A stretch of 60,089 nt of DNA from Robiginitalea sp. (GCA_037382325.1 JARRQA010000005.1:1-60089); one strand, 5' to 3'. Numbered from the stretch's first letter, positions 38,077 through 47,668 are shown. Notes: generated from the letters alone by a model not told the origin. Numbers and translations: made by a program.

Positions 38077-38983
38077 TCAGAGCTTAAACCGGTCCCCGAT
38101 CCGGGCGATACGGAACCCGGATCGCTCCACTATTTTTGATTCTGCACTATGCGGATCGAGAAGAGGGTTGGTGTGGTTCATGTGGATGAAAAAGACCTTT
38201 CTGCGCAGCGATTCGGGCAACTTACCCAACAAGGACATGGTTTCCACTACGAAGGGATGGGGAATTTCACTCATATCCCGATACCCGATTTCTGCGCTGT
38301 TGTAAAATGTGGCGTCCAGGAAAGCGAGGTCCACGTTTTCGAGGATATCAGGCAGCGATACTTCCCACTGATCCCATTTATCAATGTCCGGAATGAAAAC
38401 GGCCGTCCGGGAAGGACCGGTGATACGGTATCCTGCGGTCTCAGAGTATTCATCCCGGTGCGGGACGCGAAAGGGAATGACTTCCAAATGATCAGAAAGC
38501 GTCACCGGAGTATTTTCTGAAGTCGATCTGAGCTGTATGTTTCCCAGCCGGACCAATTGATCCCAGGGACCGTTTTTCCTCAGGAACTCCAGCATGCGGG
38601 GCAGGCCGTATACCGGCACTTCATGCGCATTCATGGCTTCTCTTCCCAGGAACATCAGTCCGGTGTAATGTCCGATATGTGCATGGGTGAGGAAGATGCC
38701 GTCCGGGGCTCCGGAGACTTCAAAAGGCGCTTCCCAAAAGATAGGTCCTGGCTTGCGGAATATCCAGTAGTCCCAGGGACACCACCTTTCGGGAAGGGTC
38801 CGGGTTTTCGTAAAGCGGAAGACAACAGGATTTCTGACAGCCCATGTGAGGTGCTCCTCCATCCTGAACGGTTCCCAGCACCAGTAGTTCCACGTTTGGC
38901 GCAGGGGATTCTTGCTCCTGCCCGAAAGCAGCACCTCCGACGGACAAACCTAAGAACAGGGTTCCTATTAAGCGTGTCAGCAT
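38077..38983 (-). pseudogene. PqqB-like MBL-fold metallo-hydrolase, frameshifted near 38735
   Basis: 5' frame gives a signal peptide, VLGTVQDGGAPHMGC and KVVSLG. 3' frame gives IFLTHAHIGHYTG, VPHRDEYSETAG, IPDIDKW, LDATF and IHMNHTNP. Confidence 0.82.
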
Positions 38984-38988
38984 TTTCT

Positions 38989-40620
38989 CTATTGAAGCGT
39001 TTCCCGGTATTTGGAAGGGCTGGAGAGCAGCTCCCGGGCCGCCAGAATTGACGGATCGTGATCCAGGTAATACTCGAAGAGGCCCTCCCGATAAAAGTAG
39101 CGCTTGATGATCTCGTCTTCCAGTAATTTTCTGATCTCGGCGGAATGTTTGTCCAGCGCCTCCATCTTTTGTTTTTCCACTGCAGCCAGAAGGGACCGGA
39201 AATCCGCCTCTATGGCATCGGTGAAAATGACGTCTTCCTGTTTGGTGAGCGCCTCCTTGAGCGCTTTCTCTGTCTTGGTTTCAAAGGAAAAATCACTGCG
39301 TGCGACAAAGTCATTAAAGTTTTTAAGGGTGTTCGGTTCAAGTGCAAATCCCGAAACTTCTGTATGATTGGTATTGCGGTAGTAGTACTGCGTGGCAAAA
39401 TTAAAAACCAGTTGATTTCCTTCCAGCGCATCGATGAGGTCGTTGGAAGTGAGTTCGCGTATTTCGATGTCCGGCATTACCCCGCCACGGTCAGTCACCA
39501 CACGCCCATTCCGGGTCCTGAATTCCTGAAACTCGGTGTTCCTCACGGCATTTCCCACGGCATCCCGGTTCCAGTAGTCAAGTGCCTGGATACATCGGCC
39601 GGAGGGGGTGTAATACCGGCTGATAGTCACCTTGAGCTGAGTGCCATAGGTGAGTTTCAGGGGCCTTTGTACGAGTCCTTTTCCAAAACTCCGGGCCCCC
39701 ATGATCACAGCCCGGTCAAGGTCCTGAAGTCCGCCTGAAACAATTTCGCTGGCCGAGGCGCTGTGGCCATCGATCAGGACTACCAGCGGGATTTCCGTAT
39801 CCAGTGGATTTTTCCGGGTTTTGTATTCCTGGTTGAATTTCTTCACCTTGGATTTGGTGGTCACAATAAGCTCCCCTTTTGGAACAAAAAGGTTGGTGAC
39901 ATTGATCGCCTCTGAAAGCAATCCTCCGGGGTTCCCCCTTAAATCCAGGATTAACCGTTCGGCGCCCTGATCCCTGAGCTCCTGAATCGCGCTTTCGGTC
40001 TGTTCGCTCGCCTTGGCATTGAACCGGGACAACACGATGTATCCCGTTTTATCATCCGCCATACGGTAAAAGGGGACAGCATCTATTTCTATGGCGCCCC
40101 GCGCTACGGTAGTCGTTGCCAAATTGCCCTGTCGCTTGTAGGTAACTTCTACGGTGGATCTGTCTGCCCCCTTGAGCAACTCCGTGGCATCGTCTTTAAA
40201 ATCGGAGACCGCAATATCCCCGATTCGGATTATCTCGTCCCCCGCCTTGAGTCCAGCCTGATCTGCGGGGTACCCTTTATAGGGCTCCACCACCACCAGC
40301 CTGTCTTCATATGAGCGGACCAGAGCGCCGATTCCCGAATACTCGCCGGCATTGTTGATTTTGTAGGCCTCCACATCCTGCTCATTCATAAATACGGTAT
40401 AGGGATCCAGATCCTCCAGCATGTTTTTTATGGCGGTATCCATAAGTTCAGCCGGGTTGGTCTCATCCACATAGTTCATGTTCAACTCCTTGAACAGAGT
40501 AGTGAATATTTCTATCTGCTTGGCGATTTCGAAAAAATCACTTTTAAAACTGGTGGCGGTCAGAAAAATACACGCCGCCAGCAAGGAGAGAACCAGATTA
40601 TTTCTCAACAGCTTCTTCAT
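38989..40620 (-). CDS. S41A carboxy-terminal processing protease
   Basis: LDPYT, PDZ domain (PADQAGLKAGD), LDLRGNPGGLL, SASASEIV, FGKGLVQ and YYTPSGR. Confidence 0.95.
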   Translation of the reverse strand: MKKLLRNNLVLSLLAACIFLTATSFKSDFFEIAKQIEIFTTLFKELNMNYVDETNPAELMDTAIKNMLEDLDPYTVFMNEQDVEAYKINNAGEYSGIGALVRSYEDRLVVVEPYKGYPADQAGLKAGDEIIRIGDIAVSDFKDDATELLKGADRSTVEVTYKRQGNLATTTVARGAIEIDAVPFYRMADDKTGYIVLSRFNAKASEQTESAIQELRDQGAERLILDLRGNPGGLLSEAINVTNLFVPKGELIVTTKSKVKKFNQEYKTRKNPLDTEIPLVVLIDGHSASASEIVSGGLQDLDRAVIMGARSFGKGLVQRPLKLTYGTQLKVTISRYYTPSGRCIQALDYWNRDAVGNAVRNTEFQEFRTRNGRVVTDRGGVMPDIEIRELTSNDLIDALEGNQLVFNFATQYYYRNTNHTEVSGFALEPNTLKNFNDFVARSDFSFETKTEKALKEALTKQEDVIFTDAIEADFRSLLAAVEKQKMEALDKHSAEIRKLLEDEIIKRYFYREGLFEYYLDHDPSILAARELLSSPSKYRETLQ

Positions 40621-40984
40621 GGGCATTGAAATTTTTTAGGAGGGTCTTCAAGGCAACTGAAATGTCAGAAAAACCAGGCATTTCCTTCCCAAGGTATAAA
40701 AATACGAACGCATAGCTCCCCTCTATATTGTTAAAAAGTTCGGGCTTTTCCAACCGGTAAGCTTCCCGCATCAATCGTTTGATGCGGTTTCGTTCCACCG
40801 CCTTTTTAAAGGATTTTTTAGGAACGGCAAAACCGACCTGCACCGGGACTTTTTCCGGGAGCGGGCTCCTTTTGTACTGCAGCGCCAAAGGAAAGGCCTT
40901 CAGCCGGTTTCCCCCATTGAAAACTGCCTCCCAGAGCTTTTTGCCGGACAGTCTTTCTTTCTTCGGAAACCGATAGGAAGGCAT
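40598..40984 (-). CDS. rnpA: Ribonuclease P protein component
   Basis: FPKKERL, VGFAVPKK and AVERNRIKR..REAYR (RNR motif). ATG at 40984. Confidence 0.95.
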   Translation of the reverse strand: MPSYRFPKKERLSGKKLWEAVFNGGNRLKAFPLALQYKRSPLPEKVPVQVGFAVPKKSFKKAVERNRIKRLMREAYRLEKPELFNNIEGSYAFVFLYLGKEMPGFSDISVALKTLLKNFNAHEEAVEK

Positions 40985-41020
40985 GTCCAAAAATAGCAAT
41001 AAATTTGGGGGCCGGCCTTA

Positions 41021-41034
41021 ATGACAATTATCAT
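41021..41034. promoter_or_regulatory. Palindromic operator-like site, possibly Crp/Fnr type
   Basis: ATGACAATTATCAT (TGA-N6-TCA dyad) between divergent rnpA and the ligase-CBS gene. Confidence 0.4.
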
Positions 41035-41106
41035 AGTAAAGGGCCCGGCCAGGCTCTAAATTGCTCTGATGCCTTGGTTTTTGGCCAACACTAAAAAAAG
41101 AAACGT

Positions 41107-42963
41107 ATGGGGACCCATATAGTGAAACCCCTGGACACTGTCGAGGATCGCAGCATTTATTTTCATCGCCTCCTTACTGATATTGAAGCGTTGGAGGAAA
41201 TGCTGGAAAAAGAAATGTTCCTGAAGGAACCCATTCATATAGGAGCGGAGCAGGAGTTTTGCCTGGTGAACAAGAACTGGGAACCTTCTGACAAGGCCAT
41301 GAAAATCCTGGCAGACATAGAGGACCCCCATTTCACTTCCGAACTCGCCCTCTACAACCTGGAGATCAACCTGGACCCCCGTCCTTTGAAAGGCACTTGT
41401 TTTTCGGATATGCACCGGCAACTGAACAAGCTATTGGATTACGGGCAGGAGGTAGCTGAAAAACACGGTAATTACGTAATCCTCACGGGGATATTACCCA
41501 CTATAAGCACGTATTATCTCTCGCAGGATTACATGACCCCCCAGGAACGCTATACAATCCTGAGTGACGCGATACAAAAGGTGCGTAAGAGCGATCTTGA
41601 GGTTCATATAAAAGGGGTGGACGAGATCAACCTGCATCACGATTCCATCATGTATGAAGGCTGCAACACCAGTTTCCAGGCTCACCTGCAGATCGATCCG
41701 GACCAATTTGCCGACACCTACAACTGGGCACAGGCGATTTCCGGGCCAGTGCTCAGCGTGTGTTCGAATTCCCCCATGCTCATGGGCCAGGAGCTCTGGG
41801 AAGAGACCCGGATTGCACTCTTCACCCAGAGCGTGGATACGCGAAGGAGCACTTTTCTTTTGAATGAACGCGAACCCCGTGTGGGTTTTGGCACCTCCTG
41901 GGCATCGGGAAGCGCTGCGGATTTTTACAGGAAGTCAATCGTTCGTTTCCGGAGTCTGATCTCGACGGAATTCGGTCCTCAAAATAGCCTGCAGCAACTC
42001 GAATCCGGTGAGATCCCGAAGCTTGCAGCCCTAAACCTTCATAACGGGACAGTTTATCCCTGGAACCGCTTGTGTTACGGGAGAACCCAGGGCAAACCAC
42101 ACCTTCGGATCGAAAACCGCTACATGCCTTCCGGGCCCACTTCGGCAGATGAGATTGCAAACCTGATGTTCTGGGCAGGCATAATGCTGGGACGCCCCAG
42201 AGAATGGGAGAACATCCAGGAAAAAATGGATTTCAGGGATGCTAAGAAGAACTTTTTTAATGCGGCCCGCTATGGGATGGCGGCACAGTTTCACTGGGAC
42301 GGCAAAATAATGCCGACCAAGGATGTCCTTCTGGAGTTTTTCCTCCCCATGGCCTATAAAGGTCTTGCAAAGGCCCAGGTGAGCCGTGAGGATGCGGAAC
42401 ATTATCTGGGCATCATTGAAAGAAGAATACAAACCCACAACGGATCGGAATGGATGATTCAGACCTACAGGGAGTTGCGCAAGGAGTTTAACGCTCCGGA
42501 GGCCCTGCGCCGCCTAACCGCCTCCCTCTTTGAGCGGTCTTACAAGGGATACCCCGTGGATGCGTGGAAAAACATCCATGCCAATGAGCTCCAGCACAGC
42601 AAGAAAAAGAAAAAAATAGGTGATATTATGGTTACGAAGATCATCACGGCTCAGGAGGAAGACAGTGCCGCCCTGGTCCTTCAAATGATGAAATGGAACG
42701 ACATACATCACCTGCCTATTTTAAACAACGCAAACGAACTCAGCGGCCTTCTTACCTGGTCAGATGTCGAGCACCATGAAGGAGATGATTCCATCTATAA
42801 AATCAGCATTCGGGACCTGATGAAAAAGGACCTGCTAACCATCGACCCGAAAGCATCCCTCAAAGAAGCAAGGGAAAAAATGAAGAAGCACAAGGTAAAA
42901 GGTCTCCCGGTTGTCGTCGGAAAGGCCCTGGTGGGCATTGTGACAACAAAAGACCTCAAGTGA
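41107..42963 (+). CDS. Glutamate--cysteine ligase (GCS2)-fold carboxylate-amine ligase with a C-terminal CBS pair
   Basis: IGAEQEF (ExE), TSELALYNLEIN, SFQAHLQI, LHNGTVYPWNR and HLRIENR. CBS pair: IGDIMV...IHHLPI...GLLTWSD and IRDLM...GLPVV...GIVTTKDL. Confidence 0.8.
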   Translation: MGTHIVKPLDTVEDRSIYFHRLLTDIEALEEMLEKEMFLKEPIHIGAEQEFCLVNKNWEPSDKAMKILADIEDPHFTSELALYNLEINLDPRPLKGTCFSDMHRQLNKLLDYGQEVAEKHGNYVILTGILPTISTYYLSQDYMTPQERYTILSDAIQKVRKSDLEVHIKGVDEINLHHDSIMYEGCNTSFQAHLQIDPDQFADTYNWAQAISGPVLSVCSNSPMLMGQELWEETRIALFTQSVDTRRSTFLLNEREPRVGFGTSWASGSAADFYRKSIVRFRSLISTEFGPQNSLQQLESGEIPKLAALNLHNGTVYPWNRLCYGRTQGKPHLRIENRYMPSGPTSADEIANLMFWAGIMLGRPREWENIQEKMDFRDAKKNFFNAARYGMAAQFHWDGKIMPTKDVLLEFFLPMAYKGLAKAQVSREDAEHYLGIIERRIQTHNGSEWMIQTYRELRKEFNAPEALRRLTASLFERSYKGYPVDAWKNIHANELQHSKKKKKIGDIMVTKIITAQEEDSAALVLQMMKWNDIHHLPILNNANELSGLLTWSDVEHHEGDDSIYKISIRDLMKKDLLTIDPKASLKEAREKMKKHKVKGLPVVVGKALVGIVTTKDLK

Positions 42964-44165
42964 TTATGGTATTGACCGAAAAGGATCATCTTACCTCCCT
43001 TGAAGAAGACCGGGTCATTGGGCAGATCAATTCCGAGAAACCAGGGCCCACCATGGTCTTTTTTGGTGGGATTCACGGGAATGAACCCGCCGGAGTGCTG
43101 GCCCTGGAGAATGTTTTTCGCAAATTACGGGAAGGGCAGACAACCCTCGATTCCGGTTCTCTGATTGCCATCCGGGGGAACCTTCCGGCACTCAGCCTGA
43201 AACAGCGCTTTCTGAAGCACGACCTTAACCGGCTCTGGGGAAGGAACCGGCTTAAAAAGACCCTTGAAAAACCTCAGGACGAGCGTTCCCCGGAGGAAAA
43301 AGAACTCGCCGTGATCTATCAGGGGGTTCACCAAATCCTGGCCCAATACCCTCCACCGTTTTATTTTATCGACCTCCATACGACTTCCAGCCGGACCCTG
43401 CCATTCATTACCATTAACGACTCCATCATCAACCGCAGGTTTTCGGAGTTGTTTCCAGTGCCTGTGATCCTGGGGATCGAGGAGTACCTGGATGGTCCGC
43501 TGCTGAGCTACATCAATGAGCTGGGGTATATGGCGCTTGGCTTTGAATCCGGCCAGCACGATGATCCCCGGGCCGTGAGCAATGCGGAGGATTTTATCTG
43601 GCTCGCCCTGTCCTATTCAGGGGCTGTCTCCTCAATGCCGGATCGTCAGGAGCACTTCAACAGGCTGAAAAAGGCCGCCTATGGGGACCATCATTTCTAT
43701 GAAATTTTTTACAGGCATGAGCTGCCGGAGGTCCACTCCTTTGAAATGGAGGAAGGTTTCTGGAGTTTTCAGGCGCTTCCGAAGGGAACGCTGCTGGCTA
43801 CCGAAAAAGGCATGCCGGTAGAAATGGAAAAGAAGGGAATCCTCTTTATGCCCTTATACCAGAAACAGGGAGAGGAAGGCTTTTTCCTGATCCGCCGGAC
43901 CCCGAAATGGGCCTTAAAACTTTCGGCCCGACTCCGCAAATGGAGCTTTCACAGGTTCCTGAGCTGGCTGCCCGGAGTGGGATGGGCTGATGCTGAAAAG
44001 GACCGCCTTATGGTCAACCTGCACGTGGCCCGCTTTTTGAGCAAGCCGTTTTTTCATTTGTTGGGATATCGCAGCCGTCAGCGGGATAAAGCCCACCTGA
44101 TCCTGAGCAACCGGGAGCACAAGGCGCGCAACAAGGACTACGCAAACACGACCTGGTTTACGTAA
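42960..44165 (+). CDS. Succinylglutamate desuccinylase/aspartoacylase (M14-like) family protein
   Basis: GGIHGNE (HxxE Zn motif), RFLKHDLNR, FIDLH and GFESG. GTG start overlaps the upstream TGA (alternative ATG at 42966). Confidence 0.88.
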   Translation: MIMVLTEKDHLTSLEEDRVIGQINSEKPGPTMVFFGGIHGNEPAGVLALENVFRKLREGQTTLDSGSLIAIRGNLPALSLKQRFLKHDLNRLWGRNRLKKTLEKPQDERSPEEKELAVIYQGVHQILAQYPPPFYFIDLHTTSSRTLPFITINDSIINRRFSELFPVPVILGIEEYLDGPLLSYINELGYMALGFESGQHDDPRAVSNAEDFIWLALSYSGAVSSMPDRQEHFNRLKKAAYGDHHFYEIFYRHELPEVHSFEMEEGFWSFQALPKGTLLATEKGMPVEMEKKGILFMPLYQKQGEEGFFLIRRTPKWALKLSARLRKWSFHRFLSWLPGVGWADAEKDRLMVNLHVARFLSKPFFHLLGYRSRQRDKAHLILSNREHKARNKDYANTTWFT

Positions 44166-44177
44166 GCGGGAAGGACA

Positions 44178-46022
44178 TTATTCGGGCATCCACCCGTTGT
44201 TTTCCGGGTTTGTATCTGCCATCAGCTGAGAAGGGTCTATCAGGATGGCCTTGATCTGCTCTCTTGGGACATCAACCCGAAGCGAATATTCCTGCTGGGC
44301 CCAGGGCCAGTCCGGCATAACGTTCCAGTCAATCCCGGGGTAGGGGTTTTCCTTTTCTCCCCGCATCATCCGCAAGGGCATGTAATAAATCATGCTGCTG
44401 TCATCCTGAAGCACCACCAGGAGATCCACTGGCATGGGCATTAGTCCGATGCGCTCCAGGCGGATCTCCGTCCCGTCCCCATCGGCATCAACGGATTTGA
44501 TCCCGTAGTCTATGGTGTTGGTGGTCTGTGTCCAGTCAAGGAGGTACCATTCGAGTTCCATGCCAGAGACTTTCTCCGCACTCCGGATAAAATCATTCGG
44601 AGTGGGATGCTTGAATTTGAAATCCTGATAATACCGGCGAAGGGTTTGCATGAGCTTGTCCTGCCCGATCACATACCCCAGCTGGGCCAGGAACACAGCG
44701 CCCTTGTCATAGGCTGAGACCCCATATCCGGAATTGTAACTATACCGGTCTGCCTGAGTAGAGAGGGGTTGTTCCCGTCCGGAAGCGGCAAGGCCAAAAT
44801 AGTCGTAGTAGGAATTCCGGAAGGGATTTTCCAGTTGCTGGTTCATGATCTGATTCTTACAAAGGGAAGAAATGAATGAGGTAAAACCTTCGTCCATCCA
44901 TTCATGCCTGGCCTCGTTTGTGGCCAAAACATGCTGGAACCAGGAATGGGCCAATTCATGGACCATGACGCTGACCAGGGCCCCGAAATTACGCCCCCCC
45001 GTGATGAGGGTGCTCATGGCGTATTCCATGCCACCGTCACCCCCCTGTACCACAGAATATTGATTGTAGGGATACGAACCAATATTCCTGCTGAAGAACG
45101 CCATGGCCTCAGCGGTTTTCGGCTGCAGTTTTTTCCAGTTTTCCAAGATCTCCGGATCGTTCTTGTAAAAGAAATGCAGCGTTGGACCATTTTCCATCGC
45201 CAGGGTGTCGTGAACGTAGTCCGGGTCAGCACCCCACATAAAATCGTGAACCATCGGAGCCTTGAAATGCCAGGTGAGCGTTTTGCCCCTGATCTTTTTC
45301 ACTTCGCTGCCGGGGGCTTCATATCCGTGTCCCACCTCCTGAGGGTTCTGAAGGTAGCCGGTGCCCCCAACTACATAATCCTTGTCCAGGGTGAGTTTTA
45401 CGTCAAAATCCCCCCATACGCCATAAAATTCCCTGGCGATGTAAGGATCGGCGTGCCACCCTTCGAAATCGTATTCCGCCATTTTAGGGTACCACTGACT
45501 CATGGAAAGCGCGACCCCCTCACTGTTGTTGCGGCCTGAACGACGAATTTGCACAGGCACCTGTCCTTCAAAGACCATCTCAAAGGAGCTCTTTGCCCCC
45601 GGCAGGATGGGTTTTTTCAGGGTGACAACCAGCACGGTTCCCTCCAGCTGGTAATCGACGGCCCCGCCGTCCTGTTTCAGTGAGGTGGCCCGTAAATAGC
45701 CAATTTCATCCGGGCTCAATCCGGCAATCCGGCTTTTGCCATCCCGGTACATGCGATTATCCGGGTCTTCAATGCTCTGGAGCCGCAGGTCCATTTCGCT
45801 TCCTGGCTGGAAGGCATTGAAGTACATGTGGTAGAACACCCGGACGAGCGTGTCCGGGGAGTTGTTGGTATACACCAGTTTTTGGGTACCGTTGTAGCGG
45901 AAGGTCTCCACGTCCATTTCGACGTCCATGGTATAATCCACATGTTGCTGCCAGTAGTGGTGATTGCCCTGGGCCGAAAGCAGGAGGTTGCCGGAAAGAA
46001 AAAGGAAGAAAAATAACTTCAT
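44178..46022 (-). CDS. M1-family metallo-aminopeptidase
   Basis: GGMEY exopeptidase motif, HELAHSWF...WMDEG (HExxH-18-E), AYDKG and a signal peptide. Confidence 0.93.
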   Translation of the reverse strand: MKLFFFLFLSGNLLLSAQGNHHYWQQHVDYTMDVEMDVETFRYNGTQKLVYTNNSPDTLVRVFYHMYFNAFQPGSEMDLRLQSIEDPDNRMYRDGKSRIAGLSPDEIGYLRATSLKQDGGAVDYQLEGTVLVVTLKKPILPGAKSSFEMVFEGQVPVQIRRSGRNNSEGVALSMSQWYPKMAEYDFEGWHADPYIAREFYGVWGDFDVKLTLDKDYVVGGTGYLQNPQEVGHGYEAPGSEVKKIRGKTLTWHFKAPMVHDFMWGADPDYVHDTLAMENGPTLHFFYKNDPEILENWKKLQPKTAEAMAFFSRNIGSYPYNQYSVVQGGDGGMEYAMSTLITGGRNFGALVSVMVHELAHSWFQHVLATNEARHEWMDEGFTSFISSLCKNQIMNQQLENPFRNSYYDYFGLAASGREQPLSTQADRYSYNSGYGVSAYDKGAVFLAQLGYVIGQDKLMQTLRRYYQDFKFKHPTPNDFIRSAEKVSGMELEWYLLDWTQTTNTIDYGIKSVDADGDGTEIRLERIGLMPMPVDLLVVLQDDSSMIYYMPLRMMRGEKENPYPGIDWNVMPDWPWAQQEYSLRVDVPREQIKAILIDPSQLMADTNPENNGWMPE

Positions 46023-47668
46023 CAAAGAGAGATTTTACCGTTTGCTACCTGATCCGCCAGGATCAGGGCATTGTATGCATTTGCGATTTTTCCGGAACGG
46101 GAGATCTCCGAAAAGGGTTCTGAAAGGTCGGAGTCACCCGCCAGGATGACCGGAGTCTTCACAGAAAGGCCGGACTGCATGATGATTTTTTTCACCTGTG
46201 CCGCGCTTAATTTAGGGAACCTTGAAAGGATTAGAGCCGCGATTCCGCTGACAGCCGGAGCCGCCATGGAGGTACCCCCCTGGAAAGTGTAATCATCACC
46301 GGGCATGGTGGAGTAAATCCCCCCTCCCGGGGCAAAGATATCCACATTGCTGCGCCCGTAATTTGAAAAGGAAGAAACCATTTCCGAACCATAGGTCTCA
46401 TCTAATGAGCCGACCGTTAGCACGTTATCGGCAAACTCCGGGCCTGCCGCCTCCTGGTCGTTCGGGAAATTCGCATTGGCAGGATCATCCAGGTTCAGGC
46501 CGTCATTCCCGGCAGCATGAACGATTAAAACATTTTTCCGGGCAGCGTATTTGATCGCTTCATAGACCCACTCCTTATTAGGGGAAAAGGATTTTCCAAA
46601 ACTCGCGTTGATGATGCGCGCCCCGTTGTCCACCGCATAACGGATCGCCAGAGCAACGTCCTTGTCGTACTCGTCCCCGTCAGGGATCGTGCGCACACTC
46701 ATAATCCGAACATGATCTGCCACCCCGTCTACCCCGAGGCCATTTCCGCGTTCTGCGGCGATAATCCCAGCCACATGAGTGCCGTGTGACTCTTCTTCAA
46801 CACGGTTCATGGGGTTCCCGTTACCGTAGTCCCGGCTATTGATATCGTAAGGGTCGTCCCCCACCACTTTGCGACCGTCAAAATCGACATTGAGGTGGTA
46901 ATTTACCTGGCCGTTGAAGTAGTCCAGGCCTTCTTTGATCTGTTCCAGGACCTCCTCAATGGAATCCCCGTAGTTAAACATTTGAAGCAGGATATTCTTG
47001 CTTTGTTGCATGGCGACACTGGTGCCGCTGATAGCCGCCACCTCTTCCTGTGTGTAGGAATCTTTATCCAGCTCTTTCTTGACGGCTTCATCTGCATTCT
47101 TAACAACCTGGTAGAGCTGTTCATAGCGTTGCAGCCCTGAACGGGCCTCCTCGTACTCCGCTTCGAGTTCCTCCCGGGCTTTGGCCTGAAGAGCTTCATC
47201 CCCCAGGTCCAGGCGGATAATCCTCGCCATCTCCAATTGTTCGTGGTAGGACTCCCCGAGGAAGTTATAGCCGTGCACATCGTCAATATAGCCATTGTTG
47301 TCATCGTCCTTTCCGTTACCGGGGGTTTCATCCGAATTGTTCCAGATTACCCCATCCAGGTCCTCGTGCTCCAGATCGATGCCGGAGTCCACGACCGCCA
47401 CCAGAACGTTTTCGCGGACTTTGAGGTTGCCCAGGAGCTCGTTATAGGCACGGTCCACGCTCATGCCCGGGATGGTGTCCTGCATCAGGTCGGCATGCCC
47501 CCACCGTTTTGATTCCGTTTCAGAAAGCTCGGAGACCTTCAGGGGAACCGTATCGATATTCTCAATAGGGGTGCTCACGAGAGAGGTGGAGCCACAGCCG
47601 GACAAAACCAGCGCAGAAAAGGATAGTGCGGCTATAAGGGGCCGCTTCAAAGCGATGTGATTTTTCAT
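46022..47668 (-). CDS. S8 subtilisin-like serine peptidase lipoprotein
   Basis: LSGC lipobox; catalytic triad VAVVDSG, HGTHVAG and GTSMAAP; AAGN oxyanion motif. Confidence 0.95.
   Translation of the reverse strand: MKNHIALKRPLIAALSFSALVLSGCGSTSLVSTPIENIDTVPLKVSELSETESKRWGHADLMQDTIPGMSVDRAYNELLGNLKVRENVLVAVVDSGIDLEHEDLDGVIWNNSDETPGNGKDDDNNGYIDDVHGYNFLGESYHEQLEMARIIRLDLGDEALQAKAREELEAEYEEARSGLQRYEQLYQVVKNADEAVKKELDKDSYTQEEVAAISGTSVAMQQSKNILLQMFNYGDSIEEVLEQIKEGLDYFNGQVNYHLNVDFDGRKVVGDDPYDINSRDYGNGNPMNRVEEESHGTHVAGIIAAERGNGLGVDGVADHVRIMSVRTIPDGDEYDKDVALAIRYAVDNGARIINASFGKSFSPNKEWVYEAIKYAARKNVLIVHAAGNDGLNLDDPANANFPNDQEAAGPEFADNVLTVGSLDETYGSEMVSSFSNYGRSNVDIFAPGGGIYSTMPGDDYTFQGGTSMAAPAVSGIAALILSRFPKLSAAQVKKIIMQSGLSVKTPVILAGDSDLSEPFSEISRSGKIANAYNALILADQVANGKISL

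Noticed and set aside
38077-38934. 285-aa ORF taken as the complete hydrolase
   Set aside because: Its first ~65 residues are off-frame; the true N-terminus is in the 38720-38983 frame.
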